A stretch of DNA of 63,886 nucleotides, counting the filler, from Octopus bimaculoides (lineage: Eukaryota): assembly GCF_001194135.2 (NCBI RefSeq). It is 9 parts of 9 records of this genome, joined end to end, with 100 filler letters (N's around TTAATTAATTAA, not from the genome) between each part and the next. Parts side by side here need not be neighbours in the genome. Positions count along the whole stretch, not along the records: positions 12,855 to 43,780 come from NC_068982.1; positions 43,881 to 46,862 come from NW_026331019.1; positions 46,963 to 49,630 come from NC_068985.1; positions 49,731 to 55,935 come from NC_069005.1; 5 more parts are not named here. The stretch is one strand, 5' to 3'. Positions within the stretch are counted from its first letter, which is position 1. Every line of letters begins with the position of its first letter. Made by a program: the position numbers and the translations under genes. Below, piece by piece: positions 40,037-51,795 of the stretch. The notes beneath the pieces were generated by a model. It was not told where the DNA came from. It did not search any database and saw only the letters and a list, made by a program, of their open reading frames with translations.

Positions 40037-40250
40037 CTATGTAACCAGTATTGGTAGTAGAGCAGCTGGAAATCTTCATGACCTTTGGTATTGAATCGAT
40101 CAATCAATTCTTCAATGATGGTCACAGTTCGACCAATCAGTTGGTCTTTATTCAGTGGTGCCAGATGTTTACCGTTCTCCATGTTGTACTCGTGTATCAA
40201 ATCGTTGATGCAAAATGTGGGTTTGCTGTTCTCCACATTGAAACCACAAC
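40037..40250 (-). CDS. HLCS: Biotin-protein ligase / holocarboxylase synthetase, penultimate coding exon
   Basis: 214-nt exon encoding (G)CGFNVENSKPTFCINDLIHEYN...LLYYQYWLH(R), similar to human HLCS GCGFNVTNSNPTICINDLI...LYYRYWVH. ttttttgcag acceptor and AG|GTGCGT donor. The phase-2 end joins in frame to the exon at 38770 (AG+G = Arg). Confidence 0.95.
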
Positions 40251-40484
40251 CTGCAAAAAACACAAAATCCATTGTTTAATAGAAATTTCTGGAAGTTTAT
40301 GAAATAAATTAAATAGCAAAAGATGTAGGTATGGGGCCGTGAGCTTAAGATATCCACTTGAAACAACATGGATCTGGGTTCAGTCCCACTGAGTGGCACC
40401 TTGGGCAAGTGTCTTCTGCTGTAGCCTTGGGCAGACCAAAGCTTTGTGAGTGAATATGGTTGAGGAAAACTGTGTAGACGCCTG

Positions 40485-41070
40485 TGCCAGTGCTGCTTCG
40501 ATGTACTCAAGCTAGTGGCACATAAAGAACACCCAGCCCACACTCTGTGAAGTGGTTGATGTTAGGAAGTGAATCCAGCCAGAAGAACCATGCCCCAAAA
40601 CAGACAATTGGAGTCTGGACAACTTCCTGGTTGGTCATCATCATCCTCATCGTTTGTCTGTTGTCCATGCTGGTCTGAGTTGGACGGTTTGACCAGTGCT
40701 GATAAGCTGGAAGGCTGCACCAGACTCCAATCTGATTTGGTATGATTTTCTACAGCTGGATGCCCTTCCTAATGCCAACCATTCTGATAGTGTAATGGGT
40801 GCTTCTATGTGCCACTGGCATAGGTGCCATTTGTGTGACACTGAGATGCATTTACGTGCAATCTGTGTGACACCGATATCTGCCATGTCTGCAATTTTGC
40901 TCGGCTTGATGGGTCTTCTTCTCAAGCACGATATAATGTCAAAGGTCTTGGTCATTGCCTCTGTGAGGCCCAACACTTGAAAGGAACTCAGCCACTTTGT
41001 CTCCGTGAGACCCAGCTCCTGTCAAATCATCCGACTCATGCCAGCATGGAAAACAGATGTTAAACATCAT
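40485..41070. mobile_element. Repeat family D copies in opposite orientation (TTAGGAAGGGCATCCAGC family)
   Basis: + copy at ~40485-40635 and - copy at ~40636-40830 ending in a (GAT)n tail. Related pieces at 38870-39010, 44605-44910 and 56036-56150. Confidence 0.7.
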
Positions 41071-41094
41071 CAATGATATACACGTGTGTGTGTG

Positions 41095-41405
41095 TGAAGG
41101 CACGTGGCTTAGAGATTAGTGTTCAACTCATGATTGTAAGGTTGGGAGTTTGACTCCTGGTGGCACATTGTGCCCTTGAGTAAGATGCCTTATTTCGTAT
41201 GGCTCCAGTCCACTCAGATGGCAAAACATGAGTTGTGCTTGTAATTCAAAGGGGTCAGCCATGTGACATTGTGTCATGCTGAATATCCCTGAGAACTACG
41301 TAAAGGGTACATGTGTCTGTGGAATGCTCAGCCACTTCCATGTTAATTTCATGAGCAGGCTGTTCCCTTGATCAGATCAACTGGAACCCTCATTGTTGTA
41401 CCAGT
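41095..41405 (+). mobile_element. SINE family C-related copy
   Basis: GAAGGCACGTGGCTTAG head and GCTCCAGTCCACTCAG...GAACCCTC.TTGTTGTAACC-like body. Confidence 0.75.
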
Positions 41406-41845
41406 TATGTATGTGGGTCTGGGTCTATTTGTTCCTCAAACACACACCACTTGATATACGGTGCTGGTTTGTTTATGATCCAGGAACTTAGAGGTCCAGC
41501 AAAACAGATCAACCAAAAGAACCAATACCAGACATAAAAAGGAAAAATAAGGCCTGGAGTTAATTTGTTTGCTTGAATAGCCTCAGCCCAACACATGAAA
41601 CAAATAAAAGAAGAGATAGTATTTGTAAACTGTAATTTAATCCCAAAATCAATATTGCAATAAAGAACCAGTATTTAGAACTCCATGAGTATTTCTATTC
41701 ATGGAATGTTTACATTACATATTCGTTTATAAGATACTCTACAGAACACTCCAACCTGGGTTTAATAACAATCACAGAAACAGTCTCTTGTTAGAAGATT
41801 ACTATTTTTAAATCTCACATCGAGAGATATTCAGCAACAGTACTT

Positions 41846-41942
41846 TGGAGTAAAGATTGCTTGCCAACATAACATGGCAGTCCTGGTTTAGGACGAATGT
41901 TGCTGTAATTTAGCCCCAGCTGGCTATATGACATGATCTGTG

Positions 41943-42014
<72 letters not shown>

Positions 42015-42146
42015 TTATTTGAAAATATAAGCACACAGATCATGTTGTATAGCCAGCTGGAGACGATGTCTCCTGGGGCTAAATTACAGTAACATTCGTC
42101 CTAAACCAGGACTGCCATGTTATGATGGCAAACAATCTTTACTCCA
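41846..42146. repeat. ~100-bp near-identical inverted repeat pair around an (AT)n spacer
   Basis: 41846-41943 matches the reverse complement of 42033-42146 apart from a few substitutions and one ~14-nt indel. Confidence 0.9.
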
Positions 42147-42419
42147 GTCTCTTGTGTTTTATTTATTTTCTAAAATAAATTTAAAATGATTTTTCTAGAA
42201 ATTTCCATCTCTCTTTCTTCTGATAGATGTTGGCAGCTAAAAAATAACAAAATCAGAAAGAAAATGAAGCCTATGGGGTTAGGTTCATTGATTTCATTAC
42301 ATAAGTGGAGGAAATAATTAACCAAATAGTCGGGACATGGATTTAATCCTCTGCTGGATTTAACACCAGCACAGGGCCTCCTTTAGGTATCTTTAACCTT
42401 TTAACATTTAAACTGGCCA

Positions 42420-43560
42420 AATCCAGCCTCTCATACCTACCTTGGGCAAGTGTCTCAAATGCTACTCTCAGCCTCGTAAGTGGATTTCGCAGATGGAAAC
42501 TTTAAGAAGTCCACTTTGTATGTGTTATTTACATCCTCGTAACTTAGCAGTCCAGCGAAAGAGATCAATAGAATAAATACCAGGCTTAAAAAATAAGTCC
42601 TGGGGTTGATTGACTAAAAATTCTTCAAGGTAGTGCCCTAGCATGGCCACAATCTAATGACTGAAACAAGCAAAATGACAAAAGATGTGTGAATGTGTAT
42701 CATATGCATCCGTGTGTGTGTGTGTGTGTATTAGTGTAACTGTGTTTACGTGTGCGTAACCCAGAAACATGTTTGTTTCCCCCCCCCCATTGTCTGTAAA
42801 TAAAAAAAAAATAATTGCTCTATTTCGAGGGGTCACTAAAACGACTGAAAGACTAAAATCTACATTATTGTTTTTCAAATCACAACGTAAATTAAAACTC
42901 AGTCGAGCGTATCTCATATGTGAAAAGGTGAATTAGATTTTTTGGTGTTTTCTCTCATCAAAAGGTAATTTATATCTCCATTTTCTCTGTTGATATCATC
43001 AAAATGTGATTATCCGTTGATTGTTTGATGACAGAATCGGTGTAGAAATATCTACAGATAAATAGGGAAGGTGTTGGTGAAAAGAGGTGGGTGGGTGTGT
43101 CTTTGTTACTCCATTGCTGTCTCTCTGGGTTTCTGTATCTTCATCTCTGTGTGTCTGTGCTACTCTCTCACTCTCTCTGGTTGTATATTTATGAAATTCA
43201 TTTCTAAACCACACGGTTCCAGGTTCAGTCCCACACTGTGGCACCATAGGCAAGTGTCTTCCATTATAAGCCCTAAGATGACTAAAGTCTTCTGCATTGG
43301 ATTTGGTACATTGATACACGCGTGTATGTATATATGTATATATATATGTGTGTGTGTGTATTATTTTTTTTTTACTTGTTTCAGTAATTTGACTGCAGCC
43401 ATGCTGGAGCACCGCCTTTAGTCGTACAAATCAACCTCAGGACTTATTCTTTGTAAGCCTAGTACTTATTCTATCGGTCTCTTTTGCCGAACTGCAATGT
43501 TACAGGGACATAAACACACCAACATCGGTTGTCAAGCGATGGTGGGGGGACAAACACAGA
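42420..43560. mobile_element. Cluster of SINE family B pieces in both orientations (42420-42675 +; 43200-43310 +; 43372-43560 -)
   Basis: Family B tail motif AATAAG.ACT/CCAGGCTT...GACTGAAACAAG on + and its reverse complement at 43372-43500. Confidence 0.75.
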
Positions 43561-44239
43561 CATATACATAAACACACAAATACATACATAGACACACATA
43601 AGTATCAGGCCATCCTCTAAGTTCTGTCTGATTTTACCTTTTTTAAAATTGAATGAAATTTTAATAGTATTTTAGAATGTCTAATGGAATTAAAAGTTAT
43701 TTTGATGCATTTGTGTACATTTAAACTAATTAAATATTTTACAGAATAATAGAATTAAAATTTCTTTGATTAAAACCCTTNNNNNNNNNNNNNNNNNNNN
43801 NNNNNNNNNNNNNNNNNNNNNNNNTTAATTAATTAANNNNNNNNNNNNNNNNNNNNNNNNNNNNNNNNNNNNNNNNNNNNTAAGAATTTCACAATGAGAC
43901 ACAAACAAATATTTGTAAATGTTTATTATTATTTCTAAGGATTTCTTGGCATCAAAATCTTTGGGTTTTTATTGAAGAGGCATAAATGACCTTGAAATGC
44001 ATAACCTTTCAGGGATCATANNNNNNNNNNTTGAAGAGGCATAAATGACCTTGAAATGCATAACCTTTCAGGGATCATATTTAGAATAGTTAAACCTTTG
44101 CATATGTTCAGTTTTTCAAATATTTCAAAAATAGGCCATTATTTACCAAACAAACTAATAGATAGAATTCTTAGAAAAAAATTATGTTGTTTCAAAATGT
44201 TATTTTAATATATCAAGAGATTTTGTAAGTAATCATACA

Positions 44240-44496
44240 TTATTTGTTTAAAGTCATTTGAAGGTCATCTGTGAAAAATGATTTCAAGCCCTCCACAACA
44301 TTTTTGTAGAGATGTTGATCTGATCTAATGTAGCTCAAGAGCTGCGGAGAAGCTGATATACCAATGTGTTTTAAGATATCCTTCATCTTTTTGCACAGTA
44401 ATCGTTTTTTATCTTCAGGAAGTTCATGAAGGATTTCTGAAGCAGATTTAAAATTACCAGATACTCCATAAGCTACAAGTCCCCCAGCTGTACCAC
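44240..44496 (-). CDS. C19orf12: C19orf12 homolog, second (terminal) coding exon
   Basis: (G)GTAGGLVAYGVSGNFKSASEILHELPEDKK...DDLQMTLNK*, similar to the human [27 protein letters not shown] region. ctttttag acceptor at 44498-44497. The phase-1 join gives a 417-nt CDS (138 aa), close to the ~141 aa human protein. Confidence 0.92.
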
Positions 44497-44934
44497 CTAA
44501 AAAGAGCAAATAAATACAATTATTGAGTAGATATTCTTTGTTGAATATCTTCATGTTAAAGCAAAGTTTCAGGGACATATAAATATTTCTTTATTATATG
44601 AAACCATTGAGATCGTTTCCAGTGCCGCTGGACTGACTCCTGTGCAGGTGCCACATAAAATACACCATTTCGAGCGTGGCCGTCGCCAGTACCGCCTGAC
44701 TNNNNNNNNNNNNNNNNNNNNNNNNNNNNNNNNNNNNNNNNNNNNNNNNNNNNNNNNNNNNNNNNNNNNNNNNNNNNNNNNNNNNNNNNNNNNNNNNNNN
44801 NNNNNNNNNNNNNNNNNNNNNNNNNNNNNNNNNNNNNNNNNNNNNNNNNNNNNNNNNNNNNNNGCTAGCATGGAAAGCGGACGTTAAACGACGACGATGA
44901 TGATGATGATTTAATTACACCTTACACATCATCG

Positions 44935-45275
44935 TGGAGGCACGTGGCTTAGTGGTTAAGGGTGTTGGCATCATGATCGTAAGATTGTGGTTTCGATTCC
45001 TGGACCAGGCGACACGTAGTGTTCTTGATCAAACACTTCATTTCACGTTGCTCCAGTCCACTCAGCTGGCAAAAATGAGNNNNNNNNNNTGCTCCAGTCC
45101 ACTCAGCTGGCAAAAATGAGTAACGCTGCGATGGACTGCTGTCCCATCCAGCTGGGGAATACATACACCATCGAAACCGGGAAACTGGGCCCATGAGCCT
45201 AGCTAGGCTTTAAAAGGGCGCANNNNNNNNNNGGAAACTGGGCCCATGAGCCTAGCTAGGCTTTAAAAGGGCGCA
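44935..45275 (+). mobile_element. SINE with a family C-like head, inside the C19orf12 intron
   Basis: GGAGGCACGTGGCTTAGTGGTTAAGG head (A-box), GTTTCGATTCC (B-box) and GCTCCAGTCCACTCAGCTGGCAAAAATGAG. Confidence 0.8.
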
Positions 45276-46022
45276 TTTATATTTTTTATTTACACATCAT
45301 CATCATCATCATTCCAAGTAGGGAAGCAATTTGCACAGCCGTTTTCACGTGAAAAGCGAATACACACACACACACTCACAGGTCTATTTTATATTTTATT
45401 ACACAATACTGATTTCTAGATTTCCCAGCTTCCAGCTCTGTAGTTGCAAGCATTTCTAACAACATTCTAACATGAAATATTCCAGAAGGAAGAACAAGCC
45501 TGCAACTTGGAAGGGTGTTCCTTACGGGCCGAAGCTGGAGACTCTTGGAGTATTCGTTCATGTTTCTATAAGGTTGTCATGGTTACAGAATGTTGATAAC
45601 ATAGGAGCAATATATTTATATGAAAGGTCTTTGAAAGCTGCATACAAACTAACTCTCTCTCTCTCTTTAACCTTCTCCATCTCTCTTTGTCCTTCTCTCT
45701 CTTTGTCCTTCTCTCTCTTTGTCCTTCTCNNNNNNNNNNTCTCTCTCTTTGTCCTTCTCTCTCTTTGTCCTTCTCTCTCTTTGTCCTTCCCTCTCTCTCT
45801 GTCCTTTCTCTCTGTTTGTCCTTCTTTCTCTCTTTGTCCCTCTATCTCTCTCATAGAAATGTTGCCAAGGAAGTAAAACCAAGACAGTAAGATTGAAGCC
45901 ACATAAGTAATGTCGATTGAATTATTACAAACCCAGAAAATATTTCAATTGTAAACAATATGAAACAGCTTCATATGAAGAAAAACATTTGCCAATATGA
46001 ATATATAATACTGATAACTTAC

Positions 46023-46182
46023 CAAGAGCAAGACCTGGGGGCCCTAGTAATACTCCACCAATAGCAGTTGAGATACCAGTTATCAGACCACCCTTTGCAC
46101 TCTCACTGACTGTAACTTTGATGTTTTCTTCTTCACTTATAAGATAGAGTATGTCTAAAATAGCTGAGTTGCTCAGAGCCAT
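46023..46182 (-). CDS. C19orf12: C19orf12 (MPAN protein / nazo family) homolog, first coding exon
   Basis: MALSNSAILDILYLISEEENIKVTVSESAKGGLITGISTAIGGVLLGPPGLAL(G), with the family's glycine-zipper GG.LGPPGLA.GG motif. The ATG lies 2 nt after a tttcag acceptor (46186-46185), implying an upstream non-coding exon. Perfect G|GTAAGT donor at 46022-46017. Confidence 0.92.
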
Positions 46183-47537
46183 TTCTGAAATAGAAATAAC
46201 AAATCTTGTAAGCAATGAATTGTGTTATGAAAGAGAGAAAGACATACANNNNNNNNNNNNNNNNNNNNNNNNNNNNNNNNNNNNNNNNNNNNNNNNNNNN
46301 NNNNNNNNNNNNNNNNNNNNNNNNNNNNNNNNNNNNNNNNNNNNNNNNNNNNNNNNNNNNNNNNNNNNNNNNNNNNNNNNNNNNNNNNNNNNNNNNNNNN
46401 NNNNNNNNNNNNNNNNNNNNNNNNNNNNNNNNNNNNNNNNNNNNNNNNNNNNNNNNNNNNNNNATTTATAAAATATGATTTGAAACATTTACAACACAAC
46501 AGTAGCATTCAATGTTTCATCTGTGTCCAAATATATCAATATAATCCAAATATATCAATATAATCCAAATATATCAATATAATTTGGAAATATGCAGTAC
46601 GTGCGAAGACCCGGCAAGCCAAGTGAGAGCATAGGCTGGGACCCCTGCCAGAAGTGTGGCCTGCTCACTTATCCGTATCTTTACTTCATTGGACNNNNNN
46701 NNNNTGGACACTAAACTCTGCTTGTGAAGACCTGTTGAGGCAAGTAAATTTGAATTCTGAAATCGAAATCGAACCGAATCCGACAACTGGCACCTATGCC
46801 AACCTCTCCTTAATTGGATACTAAACTCTGCTTGCGAAGACCTGTTGGGGCAAGTGAAATTGNNNNNNNNNNNNNNNNNNNNNNNNNNNNNNNNNNNNNN
46901 NNNNNNTTAATTAATTAANNNNNNNNNNNNNNNNNNNNNNNNNNNNNNNNNNNNNNNNNNNNATATATATAACGACCCATATATAAGTATATATACGCAC
47001 ATGCTCGCACACACACATATCACTAAATAAACACAAGCATTAGTTTACTTGAAAACCTTAGAAAACTCTTAATGTAAGTCTTTAAATAACTGACAAGTTA
47101 GACGCTATTTTTTTAGGCTTCTTTTCTTTAATCACTGTTTAGTTTGCATTTTATTATTTGCTGGTTTCTTTCTATGAATGGCGGTGGCTGTGGTAGTGAT
47201 GACATGACTGACATGTTTTTCTCTTCTGCTGCTGTTGCTGCTGATTTTAATGTTGTTACATGTTTTTTTTCCCTATCCTTGTTATAATTAATCTTTTATA
47301 CTGTTGTTATTGTTATTGTTGCTGTTGTTGATGTTGTTGTTGTTTATCAATCTGTTGCTGGTTCCACTGTTTTCCACTTGTTGTTATCAATCATCATGTG
47401 TTATTACTAAAACCAAATGGCGACCGAATGGCATAACTCGAGTTCAGATTCTGAATGAAATGACTTTCGTTCATCAATAAACACACAGCAAATATCAGTT
47501 ATGAATTTATGTTTAAAAAGTTCCCTTCTAGTATATC

Positions 47538-47769
47538 CAATTCTTTATTGCCCACAAGGGGCTAAACATAGAGGGCACAAACAAGGACAGACAAAGGGAT
47601 TAAGTCGATTACATCGACCCCAGTGCGTAACTGGTACTTAATTTATCGACCCCGAAAGGATGAAAGGCAAAGTCAACCTTGGCGGAATTTGAACTCAGAA
47701 CGTAGCGGCTGACGAAATACCGCTAAGCATTTCGCCCGGCGTGCTAACGTTTCTGCCAGCTTGCCGCCC
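47538..47769 (-). mobile_element. Full-length tRNA-derived SINE (family A) with 17-bp TSD
   Basis: A/B-box head and CATCCTTTCGGGGTCGATAAATTAAGTACC core. TTCCCTTCTAGTATATC is duplicated at 47521-47537 and 47770-47786. Confidence 0.9.
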
Positions 47770-47971
47770 TTCCCTTCTAGTATATCGACGGATGCCCCAG
47801 CATGGCTACAGTCAAATGACTGAAGCAAATAAAAGATAAACGTCATGATTGGCAGCTAGGTTTAAACGTTTTTTTCATTCTCTTTCTGTTTATTTCTGTG
47901 TTCCTTTCTGTTGAAGAGCGTAAAAGACATTCTTACCTTCCCGAGAGTTAAACTAATACACCTATTTGTTG

Positions 47972-48020
<49 letters not shown>

Positions 48021-48292
48021 GTTGGTTTATGTCGAACAAATGAGAGAGGTGTGCTCAAAATATTTTGTAGAGGATATGGTTGCTTTTTATTGAAATTTAA
48101 CTTGAGAATTTGTTTCTCCACTTGAGAAACTTATATATATACGTGTGACGGAGAGCCAGATATATATGTGTGTATTTCACATATTTCACATGTCTGCATT
48201 TCACATGTTTCACATGTCTGCATTTCACATATTTCACATGTCTGCATTAAAATACATACTACACATTGTACAATACAACTGCATATTTACAA

Positions 48293-48545
48293 ACTAGTGC
48301 AGATAAAGAAAACTAGCTCATCAGATCACCAGAACACCATGTCTACGCCAAGACTTCAGCTCTAAGTATTCAGGCAAAATCTTCAGTCTCTATATAAATC
48401 ATATGGAAGAACGATACTAGTGTAGATAAAGAAAGCTAGCTCATCAGATCACCAGAACACCATATCTACGCCAAAGCTTCAGCTCTAAGTATTCAGATAA
48501 AATCTTCTGTCTATATATATACAATGTATGGAAGACCGATACTAG
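48293..48545. repeat. Tandem duplication, ~124-bp unit x2
   Basis: Unit starts ACTAG at 48293, 48416 and 48541; shared CTAGCTCATCAGATCACCAGAACACCAT.TCTACGCCAA and CTTCAGCTCTAAGTATTCAG. Confidence 0.85.
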
Positions 48546-48869
48546 ATAATATTTGTTTGCTATGGTCATCAAAAATAAATATATTTTGTTTCATATCAAT
48601 TAAGATGCTGGAATTGACTATCCTTAATGCTAAAAAAAAAAAAGAGCTGGGGTGGAAATATCAGGAAGGGATAGTCGAGGAAGTAAAATAGTTATAGTAA
48701 ACGTTTTTATGGGAGCTAAATTCCTTCCTCGGCTAAGTATAACTTCGTCTCATCTCAGTAACTGATAATGTATTCGACCATATCCAAACATTCTACTACC
48801 TCGATCAATACATACCAATCATTTCTGTTTTCAAAGGCTTCACACCAATGGCGATCTCGTCATTTGTGT

Positions 48870-49260
48870 TCAGGCAGACATGGCTGTGTGGTTAAGACAC
48901 TCGCTGGGCACCCAAGTGGTTTCGGGTTTTGTTCCATTTCTCAACACATTTGGCAAGCGTCTTCTAATAAGGTCTATCGAGCTGGTCAATGCCTGTAGAC
49001 TGAATTTGGTAGACGGAAACTGTGTGGAAGCACATCGTATATGAGCGTGTGGGGGTCTCGGTACAGCTTGAAAGCTGTATGTGTTTGTCTCGGTACAGCT
49101 TGAAAACCGGAATAAGTTCGTTTACTTCCTCACAAAAAGACACAAACAGAATCAGTACTAGACTCAAGATGAAAACTGGGGACGATTTGTTCGATGCATC
49201 CGACAAGACAGTGCTCCAGCATGGTCACAGCCTACCGACTGAAGTAGGACAGTACGAGAG
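48870..49260 (+). mobile_element. Diverged SINE family B copy with internal 19-bp duplication
   Basis: Family B head and tail; GTCTCGGTACAGCTTGAAA occurs twice. Confidence 0.7.
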
Positions 49261-49347
49261 TATCAGTGAACAATACGGAAAATATTGTTGCTATTTCTAA
49301 CATGTCGAACCGTTCTATAACAGTTTACTACTTGGCTTTTAAGAGTT

Positions 49348-49358
49348 AAAATGGCGGC
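49348..49358. promoter_or_regulatory. YY1-type motif AAAATGGCGGC, possible promoter/first-exon region (for example of the C19orf12 homolog)
   Basis: Exact match to the YY1 core, 3.2 kb upstream of the C19orf12 ATG-containing exon, which needs an upstream non-coding exon. Motif evidence only. Confidence 0.3.
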
Positions 49359-50163
49359 GATTGTTGGTTGTGCCGAGTATCATGCGTTTTGGAGAAGAAA
49401 ATGAGAAGGAAAAAATACAAATAAACAAAAACAAAAAAAAAAAAACGATCAAAACGACATTCTTTCAACTCCTACAATATGTTGCTTATGACTCACTTTC
49501 TGACATCTCTCCCACGCACTCACATTTCCATGCATATATACATATAGATATGATACGTGCAGATACACATATGTATTTATACAAACATGCACATACATAC
49601 ATACATATACATTATATACATTATTTATATNNNNNNNNNNNNNNNNNNNNNNNNNNNNNNNNNNNNNNNNNNNNTTAATTAATTAANNNNNNNNNNNNNN
49701 NNNNNNNNNNNNNNNNNNNNNNNNNNNNNNTAACTGCCACCAACCACCACCATCACCACCACCACCACCACCACCGTCAACGCCGCAGCCACCACTACGA
49801 CCACCACGACCACGACAACGACTACGTCCACCACGACCACCACGACCACGACCACCACGACGACGACGACGACGACGACCACCACCACCACCACCACCAT
49901 TTGTCTCACCCACTCTCATCATTGATTTGTCACTACAACTTTCCCTTTTATACAAAGTTGTTCACCCCACGCCATCTCCATCTAATCTCCACACTAACAC
50001 TATCACTCTACCGGATCATTTCACCTTTTTTTCCCATTTTCCCCCGCTGCACCATTTCAACTCTAACACCTCCATTCCACTACCTTTACTCCGACACCTC
50101 CTCTGGGTGATTCATTCGCCACACATACATACGGTCCCTAACACATACATGTATAAACACACG

Positions 50164-50201
<38 letters not shown>

Positions 50202-50322
50202 TATAAGCATATATATATATGTGAGTGTGTGTTTGTGTGCGTCTGTGTTCGTGTATTAAAGTTTCCTCTTCGCGTCCGCGTACAGTGTGAACGGTAAAGT
50301 GTTACTCAGAAAATACTAGAAA

Positions 50323-50353
<31 letters not shown>

Positions 50354-50771
50354 ATATTTCCAGTATTTTCTCGGTGACACTTTGCTGTTCATCACACTGT
50401 ATGTGTGGTTCAAATGTACNNNNNNNNNNNNNNNNNNNNNNNNNNNNNNNNNNNNNNNNNNNNNNNNNNNNNNNNNNNNNNNNNNNNNNNNNNNNNNNNN
50501 NNNNNNNNNNNNNNNNNNNNNNNNNNNNNNNNNNNNNNNNNNNNNNNNNNNNNNNNNNNNNNNNNNNNNNNNNNNNNNNNNNNNNNNNNNNNNNNNNNNN
50601 NNNNNNNNNNNNNNNNNNNNNNNNNNNNNNNNNNNNNNNNNNNNNNNNNNNNNNNNNNNNNNNNNNNNNNNNNNNNNNNNNNNNNNNNNNNNNNNNNNNN
50701 NNNNNNNNNNNNNNNNNNNNNNNNNNNNNNNNNNNNNNNNNNNNNNNNNNNNNNNNNNNNNNNNNNNNNNN

Positions 50772-50840
50772 GGTTTCATGGCAAATAAGTCGAAAGGTAA
50801 GCTATTATAAATCGGCATGAACTTTCCGGACAACCCAATA
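50772..50840 (-). mobile_element. Mariner-type terminal inverted repeat next to a gap
   Basis: The minus strand reads TATTGGGTTGTCCGGAAAGTTCATGCCGATTT, a typical mariner TIR start embedded in a TA repeat. The rest lies in the N gap. Confidence 0.55.
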
Positions 50841-51324
50841 TATATATATAGAGAGAGGGACCTATTTCCAAACACGGTTCCGTCGCTTTGCATGCATCTC
50901 GGACAGATTGGCTTTCGACACTTCCGTGCCTGCAGAGTTCATCGCCAACCGATAATACTCCCAAGCTTGGGCAGCACTGTTAGGACAGGGATTTTTAGAA
51001 ATTATCCATGGGCTTGCTAGCTGATTTTCACCCAAGGGTTTTTGGAAATTATCCACACCAGCCAGTTCATTTTTCAAGAGAACATCACCGCTTTTGCTCA
51101 ACACTAATCCTTTACAAAACGCAAACGTGTATCTTCTAACGTCCACAGTCAGTTCTCGCTTGACTCAGGACTGCAGATCTGTCAAGAGTTGGGATAAATG
51201 TGTGTCAGATAAACAGCAATCACACTAGTTGAGTATCAAGGAGTCACTCGAAGTGTTGCAGCCTCAGCTCACGTCTATGCGGTATCAACTACAGCATAAA
51301 TTGTCCTTTCTTACTAATTTGGGC

Positions 51325-51490
51325 ACGATGGCAGTAATTTTGATCGTGGCGAGCAAGTCGAATACATCGATCTCAGTACTCGTTATTGACTGGTATTTTA
51401 TTTTATCGACCCTGGAGAGACGAAAGGCAAATGTTAACCATGGCGATATTTTGAATCCATAGAACAAGACCAAATGCCGTACGGCTTTCC
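51325..51490 (-). mobile_element. Diverged SINE family A copy
   Basis: ACTGGTATTTTATTTTATCGACCC...GAAAGGCAAA match to family A. Confidence 0.65.
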
Positions 51491-51736
51491 CCAACTCAAT
51501 GTTCCAACGAATCTACTTATTTGATGTCTTCATGGAAACAATGCAGAAAGTAAAGAGTCCGTGTGGAGAAGTGAATGATAAAAAGAGATCGTATTTATCA
51601 CGTGTTCTACACTAAAACCCAAAACGCTAGAAGGACAGGGAGAACTTTATATATTTATAGCTTATATATAACTCGAGGATACAAGATTAGTTTAAAGCAA
51701 ATATAATGAGGGTCATGGTGGCGAAAATAACATACG

Positions 51737-51795
<59 letters not shown>

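Noticed and set aside
43972-45790. Exact 30-50 bp direct repeats either side of 10-N gaps (43972/44031, 45049/45090, 45180/45233, 45689/45740)
   Set aside because: Typical unmerged overlapping contig ends, not true duplications.
46526-46583. 19-bp x3 repeat, and 20-bp repeats at 48175-48250
   Set aside because: Ordinary short slippage minisatellites with no further structure.
49730-49900. Thr/Val/Gly-Arg-rich ORFs resembling a mucin or RGG protein
   Set aside because: Mixed (ACC)/(ACG) microsatellite next to a gap, with no splice signals or unique flanking coding sequence.
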